DNA of 63,606 nucleotides, counting the filler, from Perkinsus olseni (Eukaryota): the NCBI GenBank assembly GCA_013115125.1. It is 7 parts of 7 records of this genome, joined end to end, with 100 filler letters (N's around TTAATTAATTAA, not from the genome) between each part and the next. Parts side by side here need not be neighbours in the genome. Positions count along the whole stretch, not along the records: positions 27,430 to 36,470 come from JABANN010000935.1; positions 36,571 to 45,527 come from JABANN010000938.1; 5 more parts are not named here. The stretch is one strand, 5' to 3'. A model generated the notes under the pieces. That model saw nothing but the letters and a program-made list of their open reading frames with translations. It was not told the origin of the DNA and searched no databases. Positions 29,572 to 41,205 of the stretch are shown in pieces (the stretch's first letter is position 1; every line of letters begins with the position of its first letter). A program made the position numbers and the translations under genes.

Positions 29572-30194
29572 GGAGCCGATTAAAGTGCTAAGGCGTTCCG
29601 AGTTCCGAGTCCAAGTACTCGGTTACCGAGTTCCGAGCCTTGGAAATCCCAATCCGAGAGTCCATGGATTAAAGTGCGATCCCTCGAAAAAGTGGATTTC
29701 CCGAGGGCTTTTTCCGAGAACTCGGACCGAGTCACTTTCCCCGAATTAAAGTGCTCAACGGCATCACGAGCTCGGTCTCGGAAAAATACTCGATATCTAG
29801 GTATTTCCCGAGTAACTCGGAAAGAGTGGAACGCCGCGAACCTTTGCGTGCGAGGAGCGTTTCTTCCTGTCGGGATTTCTTGGCGAAGACTCGATGGTTT
29901 CCTATGAGTGAGCGCTCATTGTTGGCGAGTGGTTTTGTGGGTTTTCCGAGCTCGGGTCCGGATTTCCGGGAGTCCAAAGACCCTGAAAACTTTTCGAACT
30001 TGGAACTCGGAAAGCTCAGCACTTTAATCGACAATCGTGGAATCGCCTCACTCGGAACCGAGTAACACGATTTCCGAGCTCGGAAAAAAGCTCGGATTTT
30101 AGAACGCACTTTAATTCATAGTTTCTATCCGAGCTCGGAAAAGCCGCTTTCCCGAGAACTTGGACTCGGAAATCAGAGCACTTTAATCGGCTCC
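29572..30194. mobile_element. Foldback-like non-autonomous DNA transposon (~620 bp)
   Basis: TIR GGAGCCGATTAAAGTGCT / AGCACTTTAATCGGCTCC. TTAAAGTGC occurs three times on the left and inverted three times on the right, with dense CCGAG/CTCGG submotifs. No clear TSD. Confidence 0.75.
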
Positions 30195-31307
30195 AGGTCA
30201 GATCGACAAGTCAGACACCCAAGGTACTGATATGCCTCAACTACTTCCACCACATGCTACGAGTTGGATGAAATTACAGTAATTTAATTACTCTTGTTAG
30301 AAGCTCACATTAGTGTAATTCCCGTATGAAGTTAGTCACGTTAGTTATGTAGCGGACTCGGTGAGAGGTCCACGCTTCCACCCTGGAAGCGTTCTGAAGA
30401 GACTCGGTTCTGGAGCTTCCAGGTGCGCCACTCTCACGTATGCTTCCGCTTCTGACCTGGAAGCGTCCGGAGCCAAAGGCCTCCACGCAGTCCCACGCAT
30501 CTTGCATGGTTTCAGTTTTCATGCGTGTTCCTTCCGTCATTCCTATCTAATTTGTCAGACTTAGTAAGTCACTTACTCATTTTTCATGCTGCATGGCATC
30601 TACACGTCGCTGTGATAGAATCGTGGTATAGGTGAGACTTCGCCTCTATCGGGAACAATGCATCGTCGATGCAGCATCGAAGCTATATCCTTCTCACCGA
30701 TTAGATATCTCTTACATAAATTTATATCCTATCACGAGGGCGAAGGCTCGTTGCTTTTATCCCTAGATGCTGATGGATTGGTCGAAGTCGGCTGGAGCAG
30801 TTTGTGATACTGACGGACTAACAGCTACCAAGTGAGCTCCATTCGGAGAACAATTCTCGTCATTTTTCATGTTTCGAGTCGAAATAGTTGATCGTCTCGG
30901 AGTACCTCTGTGCCTCAACGCATGCGTATTTTGATGAGCAAGTTACCGCTGATAATTGTCGTCTTTTTCTTGTTCTCGCCACCGGATCGCATATCTCCTT
31001 TGCCCATCGAGTTGTTCGTCATGCTGCTACCATCGCGAGTCGTCTCTAGGTCACAGCCTGCAACAAGGTTCGAGCAGGTTCGATCCCATCAATATCTTAC
31101 CAAACCTGTATAAGTGTTTGAAGCTTGCTGCTTGCCTGAATTGAGCGCGGCACTCAGAGTGCCGACTATCTCAACACATACATGAACGCCCAAGTAAGTA
31201 CCGGGTACTTAGTACCCTGACTCAGGGTACTCAGGGTCCCTGAGGGTACTTAGAGGGTACCCCTGGGATAGTATGTCCAGAAACTTTCTGGACATACTAT
31301 CCCATAA

Positions 31308-31392
31308 GCCACTTGAGCTTAGTGGTAGAGGCTCTACCGTAGAGCGTCTGCTTCGTAAGCGAAGGTCGTCAGTTCAATCCTGGCAAGTGGCT
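31308..31392 (+). pseudogene. tRNA-Thr(CGT) pseudogene with a 14-nt insertion in the D-arm
   Basis: Matches the neighbouring copies except GGTAGAG-GCTCTACC-GTAGAGC and a 1-nt loss in the anticodon stem. Confidence 0.85.
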
Positions 31393-31493
31393 GAGGTATT
31401 TGGTGAGATCACTTTATACTTTGACGACTGTATGAGAAAAATCTTGCGTCACGGCTATTCGGCGCAGCAGCTTCTTGGCGTGGTGTTACGTGA

Positions 31494-31565
31494 GCCGCTT
31501 TAGCTTAGTGGGAGAGGGTCTGCTTTGTAAGCAGAAAGTCATCAGTTCAATCCTGGCAAGTGGCT
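31494..31565 (+). tRNA. tRNA-Thr(TGT), variant copy with D-arm substitutions
   Basis: GCCGCTT...TCTGC-TTTGTAA-GCAGA...GTTCAATCC...AAGTGGCT, 72 nt. Confidence 0.7.
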
Positions 31566-31666
31566 TAAGTATATGGTGAGATCGTTTTATACTTTGATGA
31601 CTGTAGGAAGAAAATCATGCGCCACGGATATTTGGCGGTGCAGGTTCTGGACATACTATCGTGTAA

Positions 31667-31738
31667 GCCGCTTTAGCTTAGTGGTAGAGCATCTGCTTCG
31701 TAAGTAGAAGGTCGTCAGTTCAATCCTGGCAAGTGGCT
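31667..31738 (+). tRNA. tRNA-Thr(CGT)
   Basis: 72-nt cloverleaf; anticodon loop TTCGTAA, A-box TAGCTTAGTGG, T-loop GTTCAATCC. Confidence 0.85.
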
Positions 31739-31839
31739 GAAGTATTTAGTGAGATCACCGTATACTTTGATGACTGTAGGAAGAAAATCTTGCGCCACGG
31801 CTATTCGGCGCAGCAGCTTCTTGACATGATGTTGCGCGA

Positions 31840-31911
31840 GCCAGTTTAGCTTAGTGGTAGAGCGTCTGCTTCGTAAGCAGAAGGTCATCAGTTCGATCAT
31901 GTCAAGTGGCT
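31840..31911 (+). tRNA. tRNA-Thr(CGT), degenerate T-stem and acceptor (possible pseudogene)
   Basis: GCCAGTTTAGCTTAGTGGTAGAGCGTCTGCTTCGTAAGCAGAAGGTCATCAGTTCGATCATGTCAAGTGGCT. Confidence 0.65.
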
Positions 31912-32109
31912 GGAGTGTTCAGTGAGATCGTGTTTAATACTTTGTTCACCGGTATACCATCCATGCAGACTCTCAACGGAGTTCATTGAGCAATGGGATA
32001 TCCGAACTGCCCTTGCAAGAGAGACCGGAGCTCCTCACTTCGAAATCCAAGAAGAACGGAAGAACCACACCTATTGGATTCATTCCTCTTGCCTGCGGAT
32101 CGCCCTTTA

Positions 32110-32236
32110 GCGAAAATTTTGCCTATTTAGCCGATTTTGCCTATTTTCTCTATTTTCTCTTTTTCTATTTTTCTACTTCTTAGGAAAAATAGGCCGAAAG
32201 AGAGAAAGTCTATTTTTCCTTCCACCGGCAACCCTG
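32110..32236. mobile_element. Right end of a hAT-like DNA transposon
   Basis: Subterminal CCTATTTT-type repeats ending in GGCAACCCTG, the reverse complement of a CAGGGTTGCC hAT-type terminus. No left end was found. Confidence 0.5.
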
Positions 32237-32649
32237 GCCTAGTTTCTTAGGGCCTCAGACTGAAGCAAATGACTTCCTGCCATACGAATTTATCAAGCAA
32301 ATGGACAACACCAGACTCAAGAAAGAGTTTCCTGCCATGTAGTCGATTGAGACACGTCCACGAACACTTCATGAATAGTTTCCGAGCGATGAAGATGGGC
32401 GGAACTAGCGGGCTCATAGCAGAAATTGCCGGGTATCCGAGCGTGAGAAGAATCAGCAGTGACACCGGGTTAATTAGAAGTAGCAGCATGGGGCGCACGG
32501 AGCAACCACACGCACATTGACACACGTAACTTAACGACCGTAACTCAGCACGTAACGTAAGCGTCGCAACGTAGAACCGGCTAAGCGATACCCCCAGAAA
32601 TTCTTATACGTGCGGAGTTACATGTCCGAAGAGTCCAGGTCAAAGTTGA

Positions 32650-32870
32650 TCCGCGAAATTGATATCCTTATCGGCGAAATTGGCTTCCTTAATGATGAAA
32701 TTGAGGGCCTTATTCGCTAAATTGAATTCCTTATTTGAGGCCTGCCGTTAAAATGACTTCCTTATCCGCCAATTGTATCCCCCCATCTCGACCCTACCGG
32801 CAATTTGCTGATGTCTCAACCCGCCAACGTGAAAACCTCGACCCCCATATATGCGGCCTTATCCGCCAAA
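32650..32870. repeat. Degenerate ~21-bp repeat (AAATTG-nnn-CCTTAT-CCGC), probably transposon subterminal
   Basis: CCTTA(T) recurs at ~21-bp spacing from 32666 to 32730, then again at 32760 and 32857. Confidence 0.55.
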
Positions 32871-34087
32871 TAGACTTCTGAATGGTATAGACTTGGATGA
32901 AGTGGGATAGATCTCAGGAGGACATTTCATCTCCGCGGGACGCTGGATATGTCCGAATGAGATGTCAGAGTGTTGTCGTGTCGGCTGTCGCTCGCCACGC
33001 AATGTGTTGTGATATTGTCTACTTCTAGGCTTAAGTGATCTATCATTCAACTCAGTTAAATCGACTGTGGATGGTTCATTGAGATTGGATAATCGATTGA
33101 GACTCACTTCTCCTATATCTGGGCATTGTGTTCCCTGGATTACACAGAGTGAGACGCTGACCCGGTGGCAGCCTTGGAAATGTCACCATCGGTGCAAAAG
33201 TGAATTAACAGACAATGTACTCCTTCGTAGCAAGGTGCTGGCCAGGGCATCTGCGTGGGCTCCCAGTGAATGCTCAGTGGCTGCGAGCCCTCTCTGCCAG
33301 GACAACACGGCGTGTTGAACACGCTCGAGCCGTCAAATGTTCGGTAACGATTTGAGCATACGAGCGCGGCCCTCTCGACGCCCTCATATTTCTTTAACCG
33401 AGGTCTTCGAGTCGTTGCCCTCGCTGCCGCCGTGTGGTCCGGTCGACCTTGCCGACGCTAGCGGGGACACCCCTGGCGTCGCTGCGGGCTGGCGCACCTT
33501 GTCGCATCTGCGACAGCAGACTCTGGTGACCAGAGGTTTAATGCACCACTTGTTGCGTGGCTGCCCCACCGTAGAGCAGCGCGAGCGTAGCATCACAACT
33601 TCAGAGCATGGTGCTGTTGTTATATTTTTGTAGGAGTATGAGAGACTCATTGAGTGATCCTCATTATCTATTGGCAGGGAGGATCTGTGCGACAGCCTGT
33701 CGCCGACAGGTAGCGTCACTCGATGTCGCAGTGTCACTGTGGTACTACCACATTGTCCCCATTACCAGCGGTAATTTACCGCACGCTGATTCTAGTAGAA
33801 TTATTCTACTGAATCAGCGTGGTACTAGTACTACTCAGCTGTTAGACTATCATCGCTGCAATCACCTCCACTTCTACTGCGTATCATTAGTCTCACATAA
33901 CTGTCTTACCTCATTTTGCACCTTGCAATCGCCTGCATGATGCATCGCTCTCCATAGATACTCTCCACACAAGCTGTGGCTGCGCAGGATACGCGCTAGT
34001 ATAGTGGCTGTTGTTGATAATCATTAAGTATTGTTATTGTTATTATTCTCCTGTTATATCCAACTCTGCTCCCTATTGTGCTAAACA

Positions 34088-35510
34088 ATGACTACTGGTC
34101 CAGATATAGAAACGACCGACGATGATGGTGCACCGTCCGGGAAAAGGTTTGCTTTCTTGAAGGACACGGTTATCAAGGAGTTGGACAAGGAAAACGAGTT
34201 CGTTGATTCCTCGGAGGCTCTTAGCGAACGCTCACTTCGACGATTAGAGAATGTTTCTCTAGCAGTCCAGAATATGGTTGGACTGACGTCTTTCTGCGTT
34301 TATGGTTCACTTCCAGGGTTATCTTTCCGAGGCCCCAATGACAAGCTTTTGCAGCTGAGTCCTTCAGCATTCTGCAAGGCTTGGAATCTCGCTCGCCCAA
34401 AGCATTGGACGGAGGGGTGCTGGAGGAAGGTAGTTAATGTATTGGATACCTCTCGTCTTACATCTCCTTTGAAGCTCGTTGTGTAAGCTTATGTTCTGCC
34501 TGATGAGCAAGCTACTGCCTTACAGGAGATATGTTTTAATCATCTCCCAACTCTTACCTTGTGGACTGGGGTTGATGTTCCAGAGGAAGGTGATACAGAA
34601 TCTGAGAAAAAGATGTGTGATGCTGTTCAGATTTGGTTATCAGGCTGTCATGATGTTCTTAAAGAAGCATATGAACGCCTTGAGCAGGACTTTGCTGAGG
34701 ATGATAGTAGCCTACTGCTCAAACATTGGGTTGATTTGGAGCCTAATGGTTATGTCTGGAGCCGCTTCTGTAGTGAAGAACGACTTAGGGCTGCTCAAGT
34801 GTTACATATTGATCTGGGTAGTTCAGACGGTTGGAGTCTGCGACGTGACAAGCTCATCAGCTGTCTGGACAGCTTCCCGTTCTTTAGGGACTCAGCAATC
34901 AAGTCTCAGTACTTTCCAGATTTGATGGAGACTACCGATTTGAACCAGTTCGACCAGATTTTGGAAGATATGGCCAAGGTGTATAGTCCGTTAACTTTGG
35001 ACGAATTACTTGGTACTGCAGGTTCTGCTGCTCGTGGTGCTGTTCCGTCCAAGGATACGAAGAACGGTCGTGATACTACCCGGATTTGCTCATATCCGGC
35101 CTCGTCGATCTCCAAGGCTTCAGGGTGCCAAAACATCTCCAACAACATCTGTGGTTACTGCCGGTGCCGGTAATGATGTTTCTGAAGGTGACCATTCTGA
35201 TAGCGTTACCTCTTCGGTTCATGATAGTGAATCCAGTGATGCCCATGATGATGCCACTGTTGCAGTCATGTTAGGTAGTGCTCCTGCTAGCGACTCATCG
35301 GTTTCGGGTTATCATGATTTGATTTGCGCTGATATCAATGTAGTTGAGGGGAAGCTACGCTCTAGTGCTTCCAGCACCTCTATTAAGGTTAGAGTCTGCT
35401 GTGATAGTGGTAGCCAGCTTAACCTTATTACCTCTGGTTTCGTTGAACATCATGGATTGCTCACGCAAAGTATTAGACCTACTTCTTTCTCTGGTATTGG
35501 CGGTGAGGTT
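34088..35510 (+). mobile_element. Decayed LTR-retrotransposon gag-like + aspartic protease region
   Basis: 34088-34486 and 34559-35173 share a frame, separated by one TAA. A frameshift near 35080 leads into RRSPRL and the protease VRVCCDSGSQLNLIT...FSGIGG. Confidence 0.6.
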
Positions 35511-35830
35511 CTGGGCTGGGCACGTGCTGGGATCACAGGCAAGAAAGTGATCAAAACCTATAAGGTTGCGATCGTTCCTGCCCTCAGTCACGCTGTCGCA
35601 GCATGGAAGGAGGGGCTGGAGTCAGTCACAGCCAAGTCTGCCCTGCTGCAGGTCTCGGCTATGGTGGCGAGGATAGCCCTCCAAGCTCCACGGAACAGCT
35701 CCAACGCGGCACTCTGCGTCGCGGCTGGTATCTTGCCAGCAGACATGGAGCTCGGTAGAATCGCGGCCACCAGACTTGCTGCGCTTGGGTGCGCTACGAC
35801 GCTGGACCGAACTCTCTCGGTCAAGGGCTT
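35510..35830 (+). mobile_element. Non-LTR retrotransposon RT thumb/connection fragment
   Basis: KTYKVAIVPALSHAVAAW...LLQVSAMVARIALQAPRNSSNAALCVAAGILPADMEL matches the Y...P.L.Y...W / AR...A.R..S..AL...AG.LP pattern that follows RT in LINEs. Confidence 0.6.
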
Positions 35831-35863
35831 GACTCTGCATGAGGGTCGCGATGGCGGTGATAC

Positions 35864-36470
35864 GGGTGTATCACGACTCGTACACCGAAAACTCGTACAC
35901 TTTCATTTCGTACACGACTCGTACACTGAATACTCGTTCACCCCTTGGATCCGTACACCGTCATTCCGTACACTTAAAACTCGTACACATAATACTCGTA
36001 CACATAAAACTCATACACGTAAAACTCATGCACATAAAACTCGTACACCGTCAACTCGTACACGAGCACGATTCGTACACTATGCTGCTTGAGTCGCATT
36101 TTTGGGCCGTGCGCTAAGAGCGATGGCGGAGCGAAGGAAGTAATATTGTCTATAGAGAGCGAATTGTTTGCGCCACTGTGTGAGTAAATACTCAGTAGCT
36201 TAAGTGGTATGGAGGTTAAGATAACGGGTTACCAATCCAAAGGCCGCGGGTTCGATCCTATGTACAGGCCCGGCACTGCAGGGGGGTGACAAACCTTCAA
36301 GTAGAAGGGGCGGAGCGCCGCGAAAATTTTTTAGGCAAGTCGCGGAGCGGCTCCGCGACTTGCCTAAAAAATTTTCGCAGGGTGTACGAAATGACGGTGT
36401 ACGAGTTGAAAGTGGGTGTGTGTATGAAATGACGGTGTACGAGCATTATGTGTACGAGTGTTTTGTGTAC
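35864..36470. mobile_element. Foldback-like DNA element with CGTACAC subterminal repeats, truncated at the contig end
   Basis: About 10 (ACT)CGTACAC units at 35875-36080 and inverted GTGTACG units at 36381-36470. It contains a tRNA-like segment and a 29-bp palindrome. Confidence 0.7.
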
Positions 36471-36570
36471 NNNNNNNNNNNNNNNNNNNNNNNNNNNNNN
36501 NNNNNNNNNNNNNNTTAATTAATTAANNNNNNNNNNNNNNNNNNNNNNNNNNNNNNNNNNNNNNNNNNNN

Positions 36571-36642
<72 letters not shown>
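36571..36642. repeat. (TTA)n microsatellite in an NAA30 intron, at the contig end
   Basis: About 24 TTA units. Confidence 0.9.
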
Positions 36643-36643
<1 letters not shown>

Positions 36644-36644
<1 letters not shown>

Positions 36645-37367
36645 TCGGTAGACGCTTAGTCTTGATGAAGCCAAGCTTTCTATATAACCCCAAGGCTGCT
36701 GTATTAGTGATCTCCGCTTCAAGTACACACTAACAACAAGTAACGGTAGTAATAGGACGGGCACAGGTTCGATCCCCAGGAGTGTCATTTTACCTCGTCC
36801 GCGCCCATCTTGTGCATCCTCTGTAACGCTAACTCTACCATATGTGAAGCAATATGATGACCACGATACGATGATGCTACTGCTAACATAGCTATGTACC
36901 TGTCGATTATAATAATAATGACGAGGAGCATCATCACCACGAGCACTACTACCCTCTCTTAGTAGACCGTTGCTGCTGCTGCTGTTGCTGCTGGTCGTCG
37001 TTGTCGTCCTTAGGACTGTGATGACTATGGTGTTCATCCAACTTACATACCACACATCCTATTATCTTCTTATCGGCGGACTCATTATCGATACACTGAG
37101 AATAATGATAATAACCCTGATGATCCCCGGTGGTGGTGGTGGTGGTGGTGTTGTTATTACCATGATACACAGCTCGGGCCATCTATTGAGGAAGTATCGG
37201 TAAGTGAATACTGAATAGGGCTCGGATAAATCCTTTTCTATTAGTTGGGTAAGGGCTGGTAGATCATTCTCGTCCCTATATGATAGATACTCCAAAGATG
37301 GGAAAGGAGTGGTATGGGGAGAGGAGGACTCCACCACAACAGGGGCAGCTGCAGAAGTAGCGGCCAT
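36644..37367 (-). CDS. NAA30: N-alpha-acetyltransferase 30 (NatC catalytic subunit, MAK3), 3'-partial
   Basis: LIEKDLSEPYSVFTYRYFLNRWPELC, IIGCVVCKLD, YIAMLAVASSYRG, VLEAEITNTAALGLYRKLGFIKTKRL. The last exon lies beyond the gap. Confidence 0.92.
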
Positions 37368-38253
37368 GTTAGGAGAAAAAACAACGATGGGAATAGAAAT
37401 TCTGCGTGATGATGGTGTGAAGAGCGGTACTAGGATTATCAATCATCATCCTACCAGTACAGCAGTGCTAACCCAAGCGACAGTGTTAACGTGGAGACTC
37501 TCTTGTCCTACTGTCCTTACCATCCTCCCTCTACGACAATAATGATGATGGTGATATAATCCTACAGAGGCCCTACCATCATCATCCCATATTCTATCAC
37601 TACCACTACCAGTAGTAGTGAAGTCCCGCAATAGTACAGAGATCATCATCATAATCATACTACTATGACTACTAATCAGGACTGATGTCTAGAGTATCGA
37701 TTGTCATCGTGTAACGATAGGAGTAGTAGTAGCAGCAGCCTCATCAACATCATTCAACCTCTACTGCATATCGGTATGGTCCCTTCTTGTTGGTGTTGTT
37801 GTCCATGATAATATACTCCAATTCTTGATTACGTTGTTGGTGACTTAGCAACCCTCCTCCTAATCATCCTCGAGTATCATTGCCATAATCCTCACCGGGG
37901 GTAGGTATCCTATCTCTCTTGAACTCACAACATAACTCCCTTATTGGTATATATTCATTGATAGTGTCCACCCATCTCCGTGAATATGACACTAATAACG
38001 AGGAGGCCGAGGGTGACCTACCTCTATCATCATCGTCAGTAGGTGAACTGAAGATGCGATACAGTAGTGATGATGATGATAGGGGGCATTGCTCCTTGTT
38101 ACCTCCTCGTCCTCCCCCTCCTCTGTTGTTGTTGGTGCTGATTGGCTTGTATCAATACATAATTAGGGCGTACTGCCGCTATCTCCGTCCTCTCACTGAA
38201 GTAGTACCAGCATCGACTAGTGTGGTCAGTGTTGGTGGTGGTGGTGTTATTAC

Positions 38254-38545
38254 CGACAGAAAGGACATCTTATGGAAGCATCCGGACTGAGCTTGTTCAT
38301 GCCCGTATCAGGGTCATATATATCATTATCACTGTTATTAGAAGGATCTTCTAATGAATGAGCGACAAGAGAGTCTAGGCACATCTCACATATGGTATGC
38401 CCACAGTTGACCAATACCTAAACAATGCCAATACCACAACGTATTCTGTATATTACTAGCTTAACCTTAAGATACTATGATTACCATAGGACGGCGATTG
38501 ATGGTAGCAAATCCTTCACAGCATATCTCGCATGAACAAGACCCG
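38254..38545 (-). CDS. RING-finger domain exons of a larger multi-exon gene (full extent unresolved, ~37500-41000)
   Basis: CEICCEGFATINRRPM, intron, VLVNCGHTICEMCLDSL...IRCPFCR (C3HC4). Confidence 0.75.
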
Positions 38546-41132
38546 GGTGATGATGATGGTCGTCGTGTACCCCAGGAAGGGAAGTAGTAGTAGGAGGTCA
38601 GCATTATGATAGATTCTATGACTAGTAAAGAAGAATGATAGGAGAAGTAGAATAACTAGAAGTGAGGGAAGAGGAGGAAGAAACGGTAACTGGTAATGAT
38701 AGTAGAAATGGTAAAGTAGTTGTTGTTGCAATAGTGCAGCCCCTCATTCATTCTTCTTCTTCTTATCCTCTTGCTGTCGTTGTTGTAATGATAAGGCCCT
38801 TATGATGGTATTGAGGAGGAGGATAGTAGCCAGCACTACTATACCCCCAGATGACCATAATACCATACCTCGCACCTAAATACAATAATCATAGGCAGCA
38901 GCAGCTGCTGCTACTCTCCATCGTTATTACTCTAGTGTCTCCACTAGGTATTGATATATCTATCGGGGGAGCCGGGATAACCTGATATTATTATTACAAT
39001 AATCAACAACAATAAAGATACATGAGCATTATAACATCATATTATTATTACGCATAACGGGGCAAGAGTCGTGTTGTGGTGGTGGTGTGGTAGTAGTAGT
39101 AGTGTCGATAATGTTGTTGAGCTGATGTTGCCGGCTATCCCTAGATCGATGAATACGTTCCTCCTTTCAAGAGCGCATGTTGTGGTATTGATGGGAGCCA
39201 GCCAAATGGGTGATGCAACCCATGCCCCTGACGATGGCGATGGACGACATACAACAGCAACATCATTGATGGAGGTACTCATTACGATAATAACCGTCAC
39301 ATCTATCAGCATCAATACTCGATCTATTCACTTCGAAGGGCTTCTGACAGTCTGGCCGGGTGTAACGTGTATGCACGGGCAAAGGGTATCTTATAACAAC
39401 ATCATCATCTGTCATACTAATTACTATTACTACTATCACCTATCTGTTATCGTAGGTAGGGGATAGTTCATGAACGACGGTACTTCGATGTCCTAACAAC
39501 ATCATCATTATCATCACAGTACACCCTGTACTCCATATTACCACTGGTGCCAATGGATGCGTCCCAAGCATGCTGTTATCGTATAGTTCATCAGGATCCA
39601 CGAACAGTTCCGAGGGTAACCATTCTAAGGCCACTGCTGTCGGCGATCCATCTGTGTTGATAATGTGCACTTCGGATATGCAGTTGGCAGCATTACCTGT
39701 TGATGGTGGTAACCCCTGTAAAGCAGCATAAAGCTGTCTATGCGCACCATCACCTATTATATCTGATTAGAATGGGCAATGAATAATAGTAATACAGAGA
39801 CTGTACCAGTATCACCTCTACGTTGATGAGTGAGTGCACAGGTCTGTGACGGCCCCTGTAGATGTCGTATGTGGCACATAGGGGAGAGTAGGGTACACGA
39901 TTCGGCTAGTATCTAAGAACACCATCATCATCAGCCTGCTACTGAGTACGATGATTATTATTACAGTAACACCCTTCTCCGTGTGAGTGTACGACAAGAG
40001 CCTTTGACAACCATACTTCTGTCGTACATCGGTAACATCATCTCTAGCAGCTAGTTCAGATATTAATCTTGATAAAGGCATACCAGTCGCTGATGCAACA
40101 TCAGCACTATGTAACTACACAGGAAGACAGTACCAGTCATTACCAATACGGATATACCTACAACTATCGCTGATAGATTACTATTAGATAGGGTGAAGAT
40201 ATTAGGCAGACTACTGAGGCTATCCTTGAAGGGGAATATGCTCTCTGTTATTGATTTGTTATGTGATAAACCTGAGGATAAAATAACGGTAATGATGGGA
40301 CAGAAAAGATGTATAAGCAAGAGTATTACAGGTAAGGCCTTGAGGTAGTAGTGCTGGGGACCAATATGGCCCTTCACTGACTGACAGCACCGATGCATGT
40401 ACCATAAATGGAATACTCGATGATGTATTATTAGCCAAAACGTCAGGAGGCGCCGAATCGAAATGGAATAGTGTCTGATAATGAGAGGGAGCACCATGAG
40501 GTAGTTTTATGGAAGTTTTTAAGAAATACTCGTTAACCTATAGATAGAAGCACAGCCGTACACTTAACGAGTAGTACGATTAACACAGACTCCTGACACT
40601 CCGTCACACTACTATTACCACTGTGGGACCATCAGGTTCTCTAATATTCCCTCGAGCTGCTATGGTAGCTCCTAGACATCGGTCTTCATCATAATCCGAC
40701 GCTTGCCCTGCATTCAACATCATAAGTATTATGCATAATGATGATACTATACGATGATAGGCTGCCATTTATGGTGACATGAAAATGGAATATTACCTAC
40801 TGGCAGCGCTGGGTATGGCGCTACAGGCACAGCAACACGTAGGGAGTTACTCTAGTTCTCTAGTTCACTGTTGATGGAACTGCTAGAGATTGAAGGACGC
40901 ACATTTGTAGCGTTGTAGCTGATCGAATAGCAACCAGCAGCAACCTCACTGGATCCGTACCTCTGCGAAAGCTGAAGGTAATAATACGCCCATGGATTCT
41001 CTGGTCAAACGCAGTCGGTGGGAGTTCAGTTCAGAGCCCACGGCACAAGCATCGGTACCACAAACTTTCCTTAGCCATAAATAGGCCTTGTTATAAACAA
41101 TCGACACCGGAATTCGGAGAAACGAATCACGT

Positions 41133-41205
41133 GGGGGACTAGCTCAAATGGTAGAGCGCTCGCTTAGCAAGCGAGAGGCACCGGGATCGATGCCCGGGTT
41201 CTCCA
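41133..41205 (+). tRNA. tRNA-Ala(AGC)
   Basis: 73-nt cloverleaf with the G3:U70 identity pair, anticodon arm CTCGC-TTAGCAA-GCGAG, Ala-type T-loop GATCGATG, followed by TTTT. Confidence 0.95.

Noticed and set aside
35010-36092. 360-aa ORF as a single genuine gene
   Set aside because: A mosaic of three repeat remnants; its tail is translated CGTACAC repeats.
40849-40864. CTCTAGTT direct 8-bp tandem as a precise-excision footprint
   Set aside because: Compatible with the hAT model, but it cannot be distinguished from slippage without an empty allele.
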